DNA of 64,000 bases from Candidatus Kuenenia sp. (GCA_038144795.1 JAYQOK010000001.1:2085-66084); one strand, 5' to 3'; positions 49,701-58,592 are shown, counted from the first letter of the stretch. Numbers and translations are program-made. The notes: generated by a model not told the origin, from the sequence alone.

Positions 49701-52700
49701 GCCGGATCGTGAGGTTGAGCTGATGACGCCCGATGCCGTCGGCGATCAGCACCACCATCGGTTCTCCTGGATGCGGCGGGAGCACCGCTTGCTGTGCAGC
49801 CTCTTCGGCTGGCTGCTGGAGTGGCTCCACAAGGCGCAGCAGGGCCGGCTTTTGATCAAGCATCGCCCGCTCAAGAACGCCACCGCGCAGTCGCAACGGC
49901 ACCTCAACCGTCTCTTTGGAATAGATCTCCAACTCGAGTGATCCGTTGATCACGAGTTCGCCACTTTCGACGAGCCGCGCGGTGTAGGAGGCTCCGCCGA
50001 AGGCAAACGGAGCGGGCAGTGGGCGGGCAGCCTCCGGCCCATTCCCCTCAGCGATCGCCTTGAGCCTGGCATACTCGGCAAAAGGGATCAGCACCTTGTC
50101 GGCAGCGGCGAGCGCCGTGGCACTCGGCAGTTTGCCGGAGTCTTCTTGGGGATCCTCTGAGGCGTCACCTCCGTCGTAGGGAACAATCACCGTGTTCTCA
50201 GGCACCGAGACAGGCTCGCGTGGGTCGAGTTTCTCGAGAAACTCTGCCACCGTCATGTCACCCGCGGGTGGCTCCCCATCTTGCGCGGCTGCGTGCTCAC
50301 CCGCGGCCAGAAGCGTCAGCCCAACCAGCAGGCCGATCCCCCCATCGGCTGCGGCTCGCCACGGCACACGACGCGTCACCCAGCCGGCGAGATCAATCGC
50401 GACATAACACGGAAGCGCGACCACCGCGACAAAAAAAGCAGGCTGAAAGAGTTCGTGCAGTTGAAAGCCCATCGTCAGCTCCACGGCACTCGGCACGACC
50501 AGGGTGAGCAGGATCGCACTTGCAACCACACGTGCCCGCGCCCGCCAACTTCGACCAACGACCAGGACCCCACTCGCTGCCACCAGCACCGCCAACCCCG
50601 CGGCGACAAAGAACAGCCGAGTTTCCTGCACGAGCGTCGCAGAAAGCACAGGCCTCCCGCCCAAACTCACGAATGTCACGCGATGGCCTTGCTCACCGAG
50701 TTCAATGGGAAGACTGCGGACACCCTCCAGGGCCCATCGAAACGATTCCTGCGATGGTTCAGCGAAGTACACGTTTGCCTGAGGAGCGGAAGCCGGCTGC
50801 GAAGCAGGATCCGCAGGCGCTGACTCCGAAGCCATGCCTGTCGGGGCATTGGCTGCAAAGCCATCGGCAAGCACTGATTCTTTCGCCTTCGCGGCGGAGT
50901 CCTGGTCAAACTGCTCCGCTTTGTCAGCAAGTGCCGCCAACTCAGGTGACGTCGGAGCTGCGGGAGCATCAGAGGCCGCCAGCGGAATCGCCTCTGCGTC
51001 GGTGGCAACGGCATCTTTCCTCCGCGCCAGGAGCAATCGAGAGGGGCGTGCTGCCTGTGGGAGCAACGGTGACGCCACGCCCAACGGCTCAATGCCCCCA
51101 CCAAGCTCCGCGAGCAACCGCAGCGGCGGCGTCAACGACCACGGCCGATCATCCGAGGCGGCCGCAAAGACACTTCCATCACTGCGGACCACTCGGTACC
51201 CATCTGGCAACACCACCTGCCACTCCACATCCGCCAGCGGAACCTCGAATCGGGTTGCCCCATCCTCACTGCGAACCGCCAACCGCGGCGAATCCTCGCG
51301 CACCTGCCCACTCCAGCCGTACGTTGTCGATGCCATCTCGTAGACGATGGTCACATCGCGAAGCACCTGCTGATCACTCGTATTTGGCAGGCTGACCAGC
51401 AAGTCCTCTCCATCTCGCTGCGGCAACGAGGGGGAACCGTCGATCGTGATCGACCACAGGTTGGCCCCCGCAGGCAACGTGAGTTGGAGAAATGACGCAT
51501 TGGTGCGGAGCAGAAACCGGGCAGCGGTCTGACTCGTCCCGTTGGCCCCCTGAAGGGTGACCAACGCCGCCCGCTGAGTGATCGCGGTGGGCAGCCCGTA
51601 GCCCGGGCGTCGCTCCACCTCCGCCGTCACCGCCGCCGTCCCAGAAAACCCGTAGACGCCAAGCAGCCTCCGCCCCACCTGAGCCTCAGCATCCACCAGC
51701 TCTCCCACATCGATTCGCCGCCCTTCGGTCACAAGCGACACGCTGACTTCAGGGTTTCCTTCGACCGCGACGGCCGCCGACTGGTAGGCCACGCCTTCGG
51801 CAACGACACAGGGCAGATCGATCTGCGTCTCTTCCTCCACGGTGAGCGGTTCTTCAAAATCGATCGCCACACCAGCCTGGCCGCGGGTGTGATCGGCAAG
51901 TCTGGCCGTCCAGACCCGTCGTCCGTCCTCCTCACGGCTTGAGAACTCGGTGACCTGCACACCCTGCAAACCGCGCAGCGAGATTGTTTTGGGGGTGCTC
52001 GCCGGCAGGGAAAAACTCAGGCTCGTCGCCGCGGCACGCTGGATGTTGTAGAGCACCTCAGCATGGGTGGCGACTGCTTCGTTTTCGATCCGAAAGAAGT
52101 GAAACGAACGGGCGGTCAGGGCGGGTGTCTTCCGAGTTGCTAGAAAACGCACCTCAACCTCCTCGCCATCGAGGCGATAGGCGAACGTACCCTCGTCTGC
52201 GGACAGCCCCAAGGCTTCTAACTCACGTCGCGCGAGCGGAATCACCCCAGCGATCTGCTGGGGTTGCACGGCGAGATCATCTGTCGCCGTGATGGCAACG
52301 GCACCTTCGCGACGTTCCGCCCCATCGACGTTCACCATCGGAAACACCACCGGCATTTCAGCCCAGGTATCGAGCCAGCCGTCCGGGACACGCGTCGCCT
52401 CCAACGACAGCCGCACTTCGCCCCCAGCCGCAACGGCGTGGGGCAGCCTCACCAGAATGCCGCTTGCCCCTTTCTCACCGCCGACCACAGGGGCAAACGC
52501 AAGCAATGCATCTTGGGCATCGGTCACGCCAGTCACCTCCCAGCCGCGCGGAAGCCGCAGTTTCACGGCAAAGAGCGGATCGACCCGTGGTGAAAGCGAA
52601 ACCGTCGCCCGCAGTCGCAACTCCGCCTCGCGGAGCGTCAGGAGGGTGGCCGTCGTGGCATCGACGCCCGAAGAAGGTCGTTTCAGCTGGCTGCGCACCG

Positions 52701-53934
52701 TGGCCGTCGCGTCGGTTGCAAGCCACGCCCCAACGGCTCGCAGGGTTGCCGCACGAGGCTCCGCCTGCATCACACTCGCCGGGAGAACTTCCGCAAAGAC
52801 GGCTGTGTCGATCGGGATCAGTCGGACGGCATCAAACGACTCGGCGACCAAACGCTCATCGAGCAGCAAGCCAAGCAGCGACGTGTGGCTGGCCACATCG
52901 AGTGGCTCGATTCTTGGCATCACCCACTCGCCAAGCAGCGGACGACTTGAGCCCCCTGCGTTGGTGGACGCCGCCGTGATCCCCAGTGTGACCGAGTCCA
53001 TCAGCGGCTCGTGGAGCTGCACTTCGAGGACCCGCCCCTCTCCATCGTCTGGCTGCACAACCACCCAACGGCTCACCTGCGCAGCCGAGACATCCGTGAC
53101 CTCAAGCCCATCTGGGAGCCGAAACCGAAACTGCGTCACCGCTCCCCGCAGCACCCGCATCGTGAGCGTGGCGTGCAGCCGTTCCGCAGCCTGGGTGACC
53201 TCATCGACGATCACACTGCTCGCCTCAACCACCCGCTGGCTCGCCGTCGTGCGATTGTTCAGCGACATCACAAGGCTCTGGTCGCCCCGTGCCACTGGCA
53301 GTTCAAACGACGTCGCTCCTGCGGCTTCGTCAAACGACCGCGACAGGGCAGGGCTCCGCATTTCCACATTGCCAGGAACGGTGAGCCGCAGCTGCGTCGC
53401 AGCCGGAGTCGGCACACGGAAGGAGACCGCCTGCTGTGCCGCCGAGGCCTCAATGCGGGTCGTTCCTTCAAGCGTCAACGCGTGACGACCCACGCCTTCC
53501 ACAAAGAGCCGCAAGCCCCCATCCTCGCCGCGACCGAGCACGGCGACCGCCCCGTCGAGGGACGCGGAGAGCAGCCCCACGCGATCAAGGTCGAGCGGCA
53601 CGGCATGGAGCCCGGGTGCGAGCACCTCAACCTCCAAGGAGCCTTGCAGAAACGCCCGTTCGCCGGCCATCCGGATCTGATAGTCCGCCGACACGAGCAG
53701 CGTGTCGCGCGGCACCGGCGCCTCGGGCTCGGCAGGCTTCGCGCGGGCGAGGAGGTCTTGATACTCCTCGCGACTGACAAACACCCGCTCGGCGCGCCCG
53801 TCGAGCAGCAAGTCGAGATCGGCATACGGCACAAAGATCTCTCGCACCGGCTGCGACTCATCGGCCATCGCCTGCCCGAGCACCGCACCGAAGCAGCATG
53901 CGAGCAACACGCGCCACAGAAGAAGGCTACGCAT
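46795..53934 (-). CDS. giant secreted/membrane protein B (2379 aa), a fusion of two paralogous modules (B1+B2); no recognisable domain
   Basis: ORF 46795..54243. Met104 gives a signal peptide (MRSLLLWRVLLACCFGAVLGQAMA) and an 8-nt overlap with the stop of module A. An internal cluster of 4 TM helices at 50257..50619 separates two halves that each repeat the architecture of module A. Confidence 0.8.
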   Translation of the reverse strand: MRSLLLWRVLLACCFGAVLGQAMADESQPVREIFVPYADLDLLLDGRAERVFVSREEYQDLLARAKPAEPEAPVPRDTLLVSADYQIRMAGERAFLQGSLEVEVLAPGLHAVPLDLDRVGLLSASLDGAVAVLGRGEDGGLRLFVEGVGRHALTLEGTTRIEASAAQQAVSFRVPTPAATQLRLTVPGNVEMRSPALSRSFDEAAGATSFELPVARGDQSLVMSLNNRTTASQRVVEASSVIVDEVTQAAERLHATLTMRVLRGAVTQFRFRLPDGLEVTDVSAAQVSRWVVVQPDDGEGRVLEVQLHEPLMDSVTLGITAASTNAGGSSRPLLGEWVMPRIEPLDVASHTSLLGLLLDERLVAESFDAVRLIPIDTAVFAEVLPASVMQAEPRAATLRAVGAWLATDATATVRSQLKRPSSGVDATTATLLTLREAELRLRATVSLSPRVDPLFAVKLRLPRGWEVTGVTDAQDALLAFAPVVGGEKGASGILVRLPHAVAAGGEVRLSLEATRVPDGWLDTWAEMPVVFPMVNVDGAERREGAVAITATDDLAVQPQQIAGVIPLARRELEALGLSADEGTFAYRLDGEEVEVRFLATRKTPALTARSFHFFRIENEAVATHAEVLYNIQRAAATSLSFSLPASTPKTISLRGLQGVQVTEFSSREEDGRRVWTARLADHTRGQAGVAIDFEEPLTVEEETQIDLPCVVAEGVAYQSAAVAVEGNPEVSVSLVTEGRRIDVGELVDAEAQVGRRLLGVYGFSGTAAVTAEVERRPGYGLPTAITQRAALVTLQGANGTSQTAARFLLRTNASFLQLTLPAGANLWSITIDGSPSLPQRDGEDLLVSLPNTSDQQVLRDVTIVYEMASTTYGWSGQVREDSPRLAVRSEDGATRFEVPLADVEWQVVLPDGYRVVRSDGSVFAAASDDRPWSLTPPLRLLAELGGGIEPLGVASPLLPQAARPSRLLLARRKDAVATDAEAIPLAASDAPAAPTSPELAALADKAEQFDQDSAAKAKESVLADGFAANAPTGMASESAPADPASQPASAPQANVYFAEPSQESFRWALEGVRSLPIELGEQGHRVTFVSLGGRPVLSATLVQETRLFFVAAGLAVLVAASGVLVVGRSWRARARVVASAILLTLVVPSAVELTMGFQLHELFQPAFFVAVVALPCYVAIDLAGWVTRRVPWRAAADGGIGLLVGLTLLAAGEHAAAQDGEPPAGDMTVAEFLEKLDPREPVSVPENTVIVPYDGGDASEDPQEDSGKLPSATALAAADKVLIPFAEYARLKAIAEGNGPEAARPLPAPFAFGGASYTARLVESGELVINGSLELEIYSKETVEVPLRLRGGVLERAMLDQKPALLRLVEPLQQPAEEAAQQAVLPPHPGEPMVVLIADGIGRHQLNLTIRLPLEQRGGWRSIRGQLPVAPATRLSLRVPAAETELRVVGADGLITQQTRQAEETVETALAADASITVEWISKVSAARVDEALTARSLAVVDVREDGVHAAWQLDLDVRQGQREVFTLDVPEGWLVEAVQGPKVRGWEISRLNRDDGAVAQQIDVTLLEPASGNEQLWVRLSLPVDVVFDGASALALSAVGVPEAVLHQGFLVLRRGPLVDLRVVNAEGLVRDDPPADRLATLLERFPDDSPLTVRSFQAYRFANERFDLAVAARSLQAQLTANVQTLVRISERESTYETRLACMVDDRPLHRVRVEVPAGVTVDRVSCPGLSGWTLVPGEDTQLVIDLVAGAKGPWSVTITGTLESGLSVAAPAFVLPEASRQTSTVVVQADPSMSVDVVGLENAEVIPLPRTFDWLAAEQRSLARLAVFARGAAFAASFRVSRRQPIVTAVGLTNVQVTPRELVETVLLRFEIAEAGIRELVFLLPEALQHADVHVPLLLEKTVEPVAEQPGMVRFHVRLQDEVIGALAVLVEQTGPLREVAHEAALPQIETGSTQHRFVVLENQGRDEIVVTESDGVREVSRQQAAWRDLASILPGMATQAYLVSADAEAPKLSFALRSRSLVESAGARIGLAVTTLSVDGGGVYRATQEYRIDNKTEQLLEVELPEGASLWSAVVAGEPVKPTAMDAANTRRVGIPLIKTQAGDLDYAVVLTYGGTLGPLEQTASLRFPFLKTVNINVEQSQVRLWLPETHRWFAFDGTLRMVGDADELTADFLAYQNKKMQQLMQVASSESQDVFSRVRARSNALQLGESLQGYVSTFRSSRQSSGANDRLERELMANSSIVEEAQVQAGQMPADAVEVNVGNGTQLWSYFQGQNVARGTNVVNELNLNFDASGLAVTPQSKLAVDEKGVAEQAGEASSLNRRWVDTNWFGRTDRGAVNDAEQAAGERQLAKSLDELSVAEADRRQSGVGFEDI

Positions 53935-56900
53935 CGTTGCCTCCTTTGTTGCTCGCGAACTGGTCGAGAAGCGGCACCGAAGCATCGAGTTCAAGGGGTG
54001 GGCCATCCGCGGCAGCGCCGGGCTTGGCCGCGGGCGGCGAGGCCGTCTTTCGCGGGCGACAACGCGTGGCGGCTCCCACGAGCCACAGCAGCCCAACTCC
54101 GCCCAACCCCACCGCGAAATACTGATCGATGATCTGCATGGCCAGCATGGGAACGAGGATGCCCATCGCCACCAGCCCGCTTGCGAGCAGCACGAGCACT
54201 GCGAGTTTCGTGGAGAACCGCGATCGCATAAACACCAGCCCAATCAGCGTGAGCCCTGCCAACACGCCCCCGGTCACCAACCGCTCGTCAACGGCGATGA
54301 TCTTCAGGGAACCCTCTGGTGGTGGACTCGGCCGCAGGGCGGTAAAGCGATACGACCGTCCGTCCGTCGCGAAGGACCGCAGCCTCCCCTGGTCAACCGC
54401 CACGCCCTCGCTCACCCAGACGAGCAAGTCGCTGTCGTCGCCCGTTCTCCATGGAAGCCCGTTGAGCTGCGCAAAAAAGTCTTTCTGCTCGTTGGTCCAA
54501 GGCCCACGGGTGTCGAGTACGGCCAGTTCATCCGGCAGCGCAACCACCAGCGACACCTTCTGAACGGCTGGCTCGGTGGCCACACCACTCTGTTCTGGAA
54601 AGACCGGAAGATCGAGTTGGTCGTAGGTGCCAGGGAGCGTGTAGCGCATTTCCACGAGACACGGCTGATCATGTCCCTGGGCAATCAGCGGAATAAACAG
54701 TTGCTCCCCTTCGCCTCGTTCAAGCGGCTGTGGCTGCCCATTAATGGTGAGCATGTCCATGTCGAACTGGCTGCCAACTGGCAACGTCACGGCCAACCGC
54801 TGCAGCACACTTCGCACCCGATAGATGGCCTGCACGGTGATCTCGTCGCTGCGGGTGACCACCATCCGCACCACAGCACGTTCGATACTCGCCCGCTTCA
54901 CTTCCTCAAGTTCATACCGAGTGGCGGTGACCGTCAGCCCCCAGGCGTCGGTAAACTCAAACGCCCGAGCCACATCAGCCCCGTTCGCCCCAGGCATCAA
55001 GTCATGCTGGGGATCGATCGGCCGCAGTCCACTGAATCCTGGGGCGGGCCGGACATCGAGGGTCTCCGCTTTGCTCACCAGGATCTGCCCCCAGGCGCGA
55101 TCCACGCCACGCGGGGTAAGGACAGGCAGCGGATATTCTCCGCTCTCCCCAACGGCGAGTTCAGGCACGACCTCTTCCCAGGTCAACGGCACCATCACCT
55201 GGCCAAGCAGTTCTCCCTCGCCCGTAAACTCCAGGGCCACGTCTCCCTCGGCCACGTCTTCGGGCTGCGGCTCAAGTGCTCGCTTGGTGATGCCCGAGTT
55301 CACGGGCATGCGTGCAATCGCCGCAACTTCCGCAGGCAGGTCGATCCGCAGCGAACTGACTGGACTGTAGGCCACATCAAACGTGAACGTCGCCTTGGAG
55401 GTCACCACGCCCGAGTCGACGTCGACAGCGAGCAACTGCCTGGCAGTCACCTGCGGGCGACGTCGCTCCGCCGAGAGAGTGAGGCTGGCGGCGTCTTGGG
55501 CATAGGCAAATGCCATCACTTCCCGCAGGCCGGGCGCGCGGCCGTCACGAATACTCGGCACCTCGCTACGAGCATCGACCACCGCGACATCTTGCAACTT
55601 CGAGCGACTCGTCGGTGTCAGCTGCAAACTCTCGGGCCCGAGCACCACGAGCCGACCGCTGGTGCGGCGCACCGGGGTGACGATGGTGAGCAGAGGGAGC
55701 TCGAGAGTGCTCGTCTGTCCCGTGGCTGCAAGCAGATTGGGATCGTCGAGGGGCTTGATGAGCGTCACCACCAGCCCGACCCGGCCAAGCGCCTTGCTCG
55801 CTAGATTGATCGAAAGCCGGCCGCTCGCGTCGTCGGCGAGGTGGAAGGTGTCGACGTTGACGGGCTGGCTCTCACCCAGCTGTCGCCCCTGTACCCGGCG
55901 CACCTCATAACCCGACGGAACGGCCATCTCCAGCTGGAACACGCCCGCGTCTTCGATGCCAAAGATCGTGGCCACATCGAGCACGAGTTGATTGGGTTCC
56001 ACGTACGCTTCGATGAGTTGCTGCGCCTCGATCCTCGGTTGCACCGCCTCGATGTCGAGCTCGAGCGCAAACGGCATCGTCGCCGCACGGTAGGCAAAGT
56101 CCCACGGAATGGCGCGAACCGGTTCTGGCAACTCAGTCGCATCCAGTTGCAGCAGCCCCTCGGTGACCGCTGCCTCGCCACGGAGTTCGTCCGTCAGCCG
56201 CACCACGACCACCCCCTGCTGCCGGCTCACGCCAACCGCCTGCACGCTTGGAATGGAAAGATGCGAGCGGCTCGCCTCATCGAGAATCTGCTCCAGCTCG
56301 ACCGAGAGCTGCTGCTGATCACGCACCGGCTCAAACAAATCCACCGTGATCCTTTGCAGTCCATCGACCTCAGCCACATCCCACTGCCGTACGTTGGCAT
56401 CGGCCACCCGCGTGATCTTCTGACCGGCAGGCACGTCGACGACCAGCTGCGGCAACTCGGCTCGGCTGACGTCGTAGGTCAGTTCTGCACGCGTCCGCAG
56501 GAGCCCTTCATCCACGGTGACCTCTTGCCGCGACTGCACGCTGGCGACCGCCGCCATCCCCGACGCCCCTTCCGCCTTCGGCGTCCAGTCGATGCGAACA
56601 CTCGCCGCCGGCCCGACAAACGCAAGCACAACTGTCTCGTCTTCACGCGGAGGCTCACCATCGCCCCCCTCCGGAGGCACTTCGGCCGCCGCGAGCATCG
56701 GCTGCACGTTGACCGTCACTCCCGACTGCGGCACGCGAATCCGCCAACGGTTGACGGCCGCTCGGGGCGACTCAAATGAAACCGAGTTCTGACCAGGAGA
56801 CTTGGCATAGGCCTTGGAGTAGTCAAGTGAGAGGGTAAGCGTGCGGGGAGCGTCACCTTCATGCTCGACGAGCAGCATCGAACTGCCGTCGCCGGCCACC

Positions 56901-57385
56901 ACCACCCGCGCGGCCTTGGCGTCCAGCGTGGCGGAACGGACAGCAGCATCGGCGAGCCGCAAGGGAATCTCGTGCCACCCCTTTCCAAGGAGTTCGATCG
57001 AAACCTCAGCCCGCACCCGCACGACATCCGCCTCAACCGTCGCCTCGCTCTCGATCTCGGTGATCACCGCGCCCACGGGCGGCGGGGCGTCGGGCTGCGG
57101 CTCATCCGCAAGGCGGGCCTTCTTCCAGAGTTCCTGAAACTTTTCGTAGGGGATGAAAACGCCTCGGCCATCTTCCTCAAAGAAGCCCCGCAGCTTGCGG
57201 TAAGGAATGTAGATCGTCTGCTCGCGCAGCGGCGGCAGGCCAGACGCCTCTGCGGAAGCATCCGCTTGGGCGTCGGCCGGTGCGTCCGAAACCGGCTGCT
57301 CTTCTTGGGCCCACGCGAGAGACACCGCAAGAAGCATCGCCACGAGGCCCGCCGCCAAACCCTTCCCGAAGATTCGATTTTCCAT
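53927..57385 (-). CDS. giant secreted/membrane protein A (1152 aa), paralogous to both halves of B; no recognisable domain
   Basis: ORF 53927..57484. Met34 gives a signal peptide (MENRIFGKGLAAGLVAMLLAVSLAWA). Three C-terminal TM helices. N-terminal motif IYIPYRKL...VFIPYEKFQELW is shared with B1 and B2. Confidence 0.8.
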   Translation of the reverse strand: MENRIFGKGLAAGLVAMLLAVSLAWAQEEQPVSDAPADAQADASAEASGLPPLREQTIYIPYRKLRGFFEEDGRGVFIPYEKFQELWKKARLADEPQPDAPPPVGAVITEIESEATVEADVVRVRAEVSIELLGKGWHEIPLRLADAAVRSATLDAKAARVVVAGDGSSMLLVEHEGDAPRTLTLSLDYSKAYAKSPGQNSVSFESPRAAVNRWRIRVPQSGVTVNVQPMLAAAEVPPEGGDGEPPREDETVVLAFVGPAASVRIDWTPKAEGASGMAAVASVQSRQEVTVDEGLLRTRAELTYDVSRAELPQLVVDVPAGQKITRVADANVRQWDVAEVDGLQRITVDLFEPVRDQQQLSVELEQILDEASRSHLSIPSVQAVGVSRQQGVVVVRLTDELRGEAAVTEGLLQLDATELPEPVRAIPWDFAYRAATMPFALELDIEAVQPRIEAQQLIEAYVEPNQLVLDVATIFGIEDAGVFQLEMAVPSGYEVRRVQGRQLGESQPVNVDTFHLADDASGRLSINLASKALGRVGLVVTLIKPLDDPNLLAATGQTSTLELPLLTIVTPVRRTSGRLVVLGPESLQLTPTSRSKLQDVAVVDARSEVPSIRDGRAPGLREVMAFAYAQDAASLTLSAERRRPQVTARQLLAVDVDSGVVTSKATFTFDVAYSPVSSLRIDLPAEVAAIARMPVNSGITKRALEPQPEDVAEGDVALEFTGEGELLGQVMVPLTWEEVVPELAVGESGEYPLPVLTPRGVDRAWGQILVSKAETLDVRPAPGFSGLRPIDPQHDLMPGANGADVARAFEFTDAWGLTVTATRYELEEVKRASIERAVVRMVVTRSDEITVQAIYRVRSVLQRLAVTLPVGSQFDMDMLTINGQPQPLERGEGEQLFIPLIAQGHDQPCLVEMRYTLPGTYDQLDLPVFPEQSGVATEPAVQKVSLVVALPDELAVLDTRGPWTNEQKDFFAQLNGLPWRTGDDSDLLVWVSEGVAVDQGRLRSFATDGRSYRFTALRPSPPPEGSLKIIAVDERLVTGGVLAGLTLIGLVFMRSRFSTKLAVLVLLASGLVAMGILVPMLAMQIIDQYFAVGLGGVGLLWLVGAATRCRPRKTASPPAAKPGAAADGPPLELDASVPLLDQFASNKGGNDA

Positions 57386-57522
57386 GAACGTCGCCCTATG
57401 GCCCCGCCGGTCCCAACTCACGCCAATCGGGATCCAGCGTAGTTCCCCGTGCTCGTTTGAGCGAATTTCCCACGGATTCCGCACCTATTGTAAGGCTGAG
57501 AGCCCCTTGGACGCCGATCGCC

Positions 57523-57707
57523 TGGCTTCGACGCCTCATGTCCGACGCCGCTCAGAGGCTGTGAATATTGATCACGGCCAACTCGTCGGGCGATGCTTGA
57601 AAGATTGCCCGGTCGTCGTGGACCTGCACGAGCTCACCCCAGTCGATCGGCGGGCCACGAGCGGAAGAGACGGGCGGCGGCTCGAGTGGTTCGCCACCCG
57701 GGCCATG
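57523..57707. repeat. 185-bp direct repeat, copy 1
   Basis: 178/185 identical to 58738..58922 at a fixed offset of 1215 bp. Contains the 3' end of small ORF 57552..57776 (-). Confidence 0.9.
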
Positions 57708-57776
57708 AGCTTCGCTCAGGCAATCCGTGACGTGTCGTGCGAAGCATTCGCTGTCGCCGCAACAACTACTTTGCAA
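57552..57776 (-). CDS. small ORF S1 (74 aa) whose C-terminal 52 aa are encoded by repeat copy 1; coding status doubtful
   Basis: The C-terminus GPGGEPLEPPPVSSARGPPIDWGELVQVHDDRAIFQASPDELAVINIHSL is paralogous to S2. Three of 6 in-ORF differences between copies are synonymous in this frame. The N-terminus overlaps the DUF1080 stop region. Confidence 0.25.
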   Translation of the reverse strand: MQSSCCGDSECFARHVTDCLSEAHGPGGEPLEPPPVSSARGPPIDWGELVQVHDDRAIFQASPDELAVINIHSL

Positions 57777-58506
57777 GTTCGCGAAACATTACCTTCCGCC
57801 AGCGGACAGAGTAGGGGCCCGTTCCTTTGGCAATGCCGTGCACCTGAAAGCCAATGTGGCCCTCAGGATCGTGTGGCTGATGGAAGTCGGCGGTGGGGAC
57901 GTCGTTGATCCAACTGCGGTAGTGATCGCCTTGGACAACAATCCGGTATGCATTCCACTCGCCTTTGACAAACGCGGCCTTGGCCGCATCGGTGCGAATG
58001 CCTTGCGTCTGTGTGAGTTCGCTCCACCAGTTGCCGCGACGTGCCTCGTCCCAAAAGTCACCCGCGGTGCCATTGATTGCGATTTCACACTGTGGTCCGA
58101 AGAGACGTCCGGGTGGCAGGGCGTTCTGGGCGCCTTCTTCCGGCCCGTCGCCTTCCTTCGAGAGGTGGCTTCGCACCTGCACGCCCGAGTTCAGTTCGTC
58201 ATCGACGAGCACTTCGAAGGTCAGTTCAAAGTCGCCGACGGGCTTCGCGGTGGCAAGAAACGTGTTCGGGCTTCCGTCGGCAGTGGTGCCGATCAGCACG
58301 CCGTCTTTGATTTCGTAGGTGGCGGTGCCGCTGACGATTTGAAAGCCTTCGAGGCTGCCGTTTCCAAACCAGTGCACCCAGCCAGAGTCTTTCTCAGCTG
58401 CCACTGCAGAAGACGGAGATGAAGCGGCCAGCACGACCGTGCAGCCCATGGCGACAACACACATCAGGTGGCGAACAGGCCGGAAGGAATCGCGAATTTG
58501 CATCAT
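57766..58506 (-). CDS. DUF1080 (3-keto-disaccharide hydrolase-like) domain protein, secreted
   Basis: ORF 57766..58575. Start placed at the ATGATG (Met24) with GGGAG 4 nt upstream, followed by a signal peptide. GWVHWFGNGSLEGF...YEIKDGVLIG...GDFELTFEV...NSGVQVR...IGFQVHG pattern of DUF1080. Confidence 0.85.
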   Translation of the reverse strand: MMQIRDSFRPVRHLMCVVAMGCTVVLAASSPSSAVAAEKDSGWVHWFGNGSLEGFQIVSGTATYEIKDGVLIGTTADGSPNTFLATAKPVGDFELTFEVLVDDELNSGVQVRSHLSKEGDGPEEGAQNALPPGRLFGPQCEIAINGTAGDFWDEARRGNWWSELTQTQGIRTDAAKAAFVKGEWNAYRIVVQGDHYRSWINDVPTADFHQPHDPEGHIGFQVHGIAKGTGPYSVRWRKVMFRELAK

Positions 58507-58540
58507 GAAACTCCCATGAACAAAGACCTCTTGAAAAATT

Positions 58541-58560
58541 GGATAACGGATAACGGATAG
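58541..58560. repeat. tandem 7-bp repeat GGATAAC x about 3
   Basis: ggataac ggataac ggatag, 35-54 nt upstream of the DUF1080 start codon. Confidence 0.8.
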
Positions 58561-58592
58561 CCCGGTCAATGGCACCTCCGCAACGACTGCCT

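Noticed and set aside
45937-56779. A series of long plus-strand ORFs: 45937..47334, 48469..49941, 52289..53485, 53011..54132, 54617..55804 and 55841..56779.
   Set aside because: All are antisense to the giant minus-strand genes. Their translations are low-complexity Arg/Pro/His/Ser-rich strings. The minus-strand frame is uninterrupted for 7.4 kb and 3.5 kb and shows internal paralogy, so the plus-strand ORFs are shadows.
58541-58560. The TTATCC repeats (reverse complement of GGATAA) as DnaA boxes or a replication origin.
   Set aside because: Only 6 of 9 positions of the TTATCCACA consensus match. No dnaA, dnaN or gidA context or AT-rich unwinding element is present. Three 7-mers are too little evidence.
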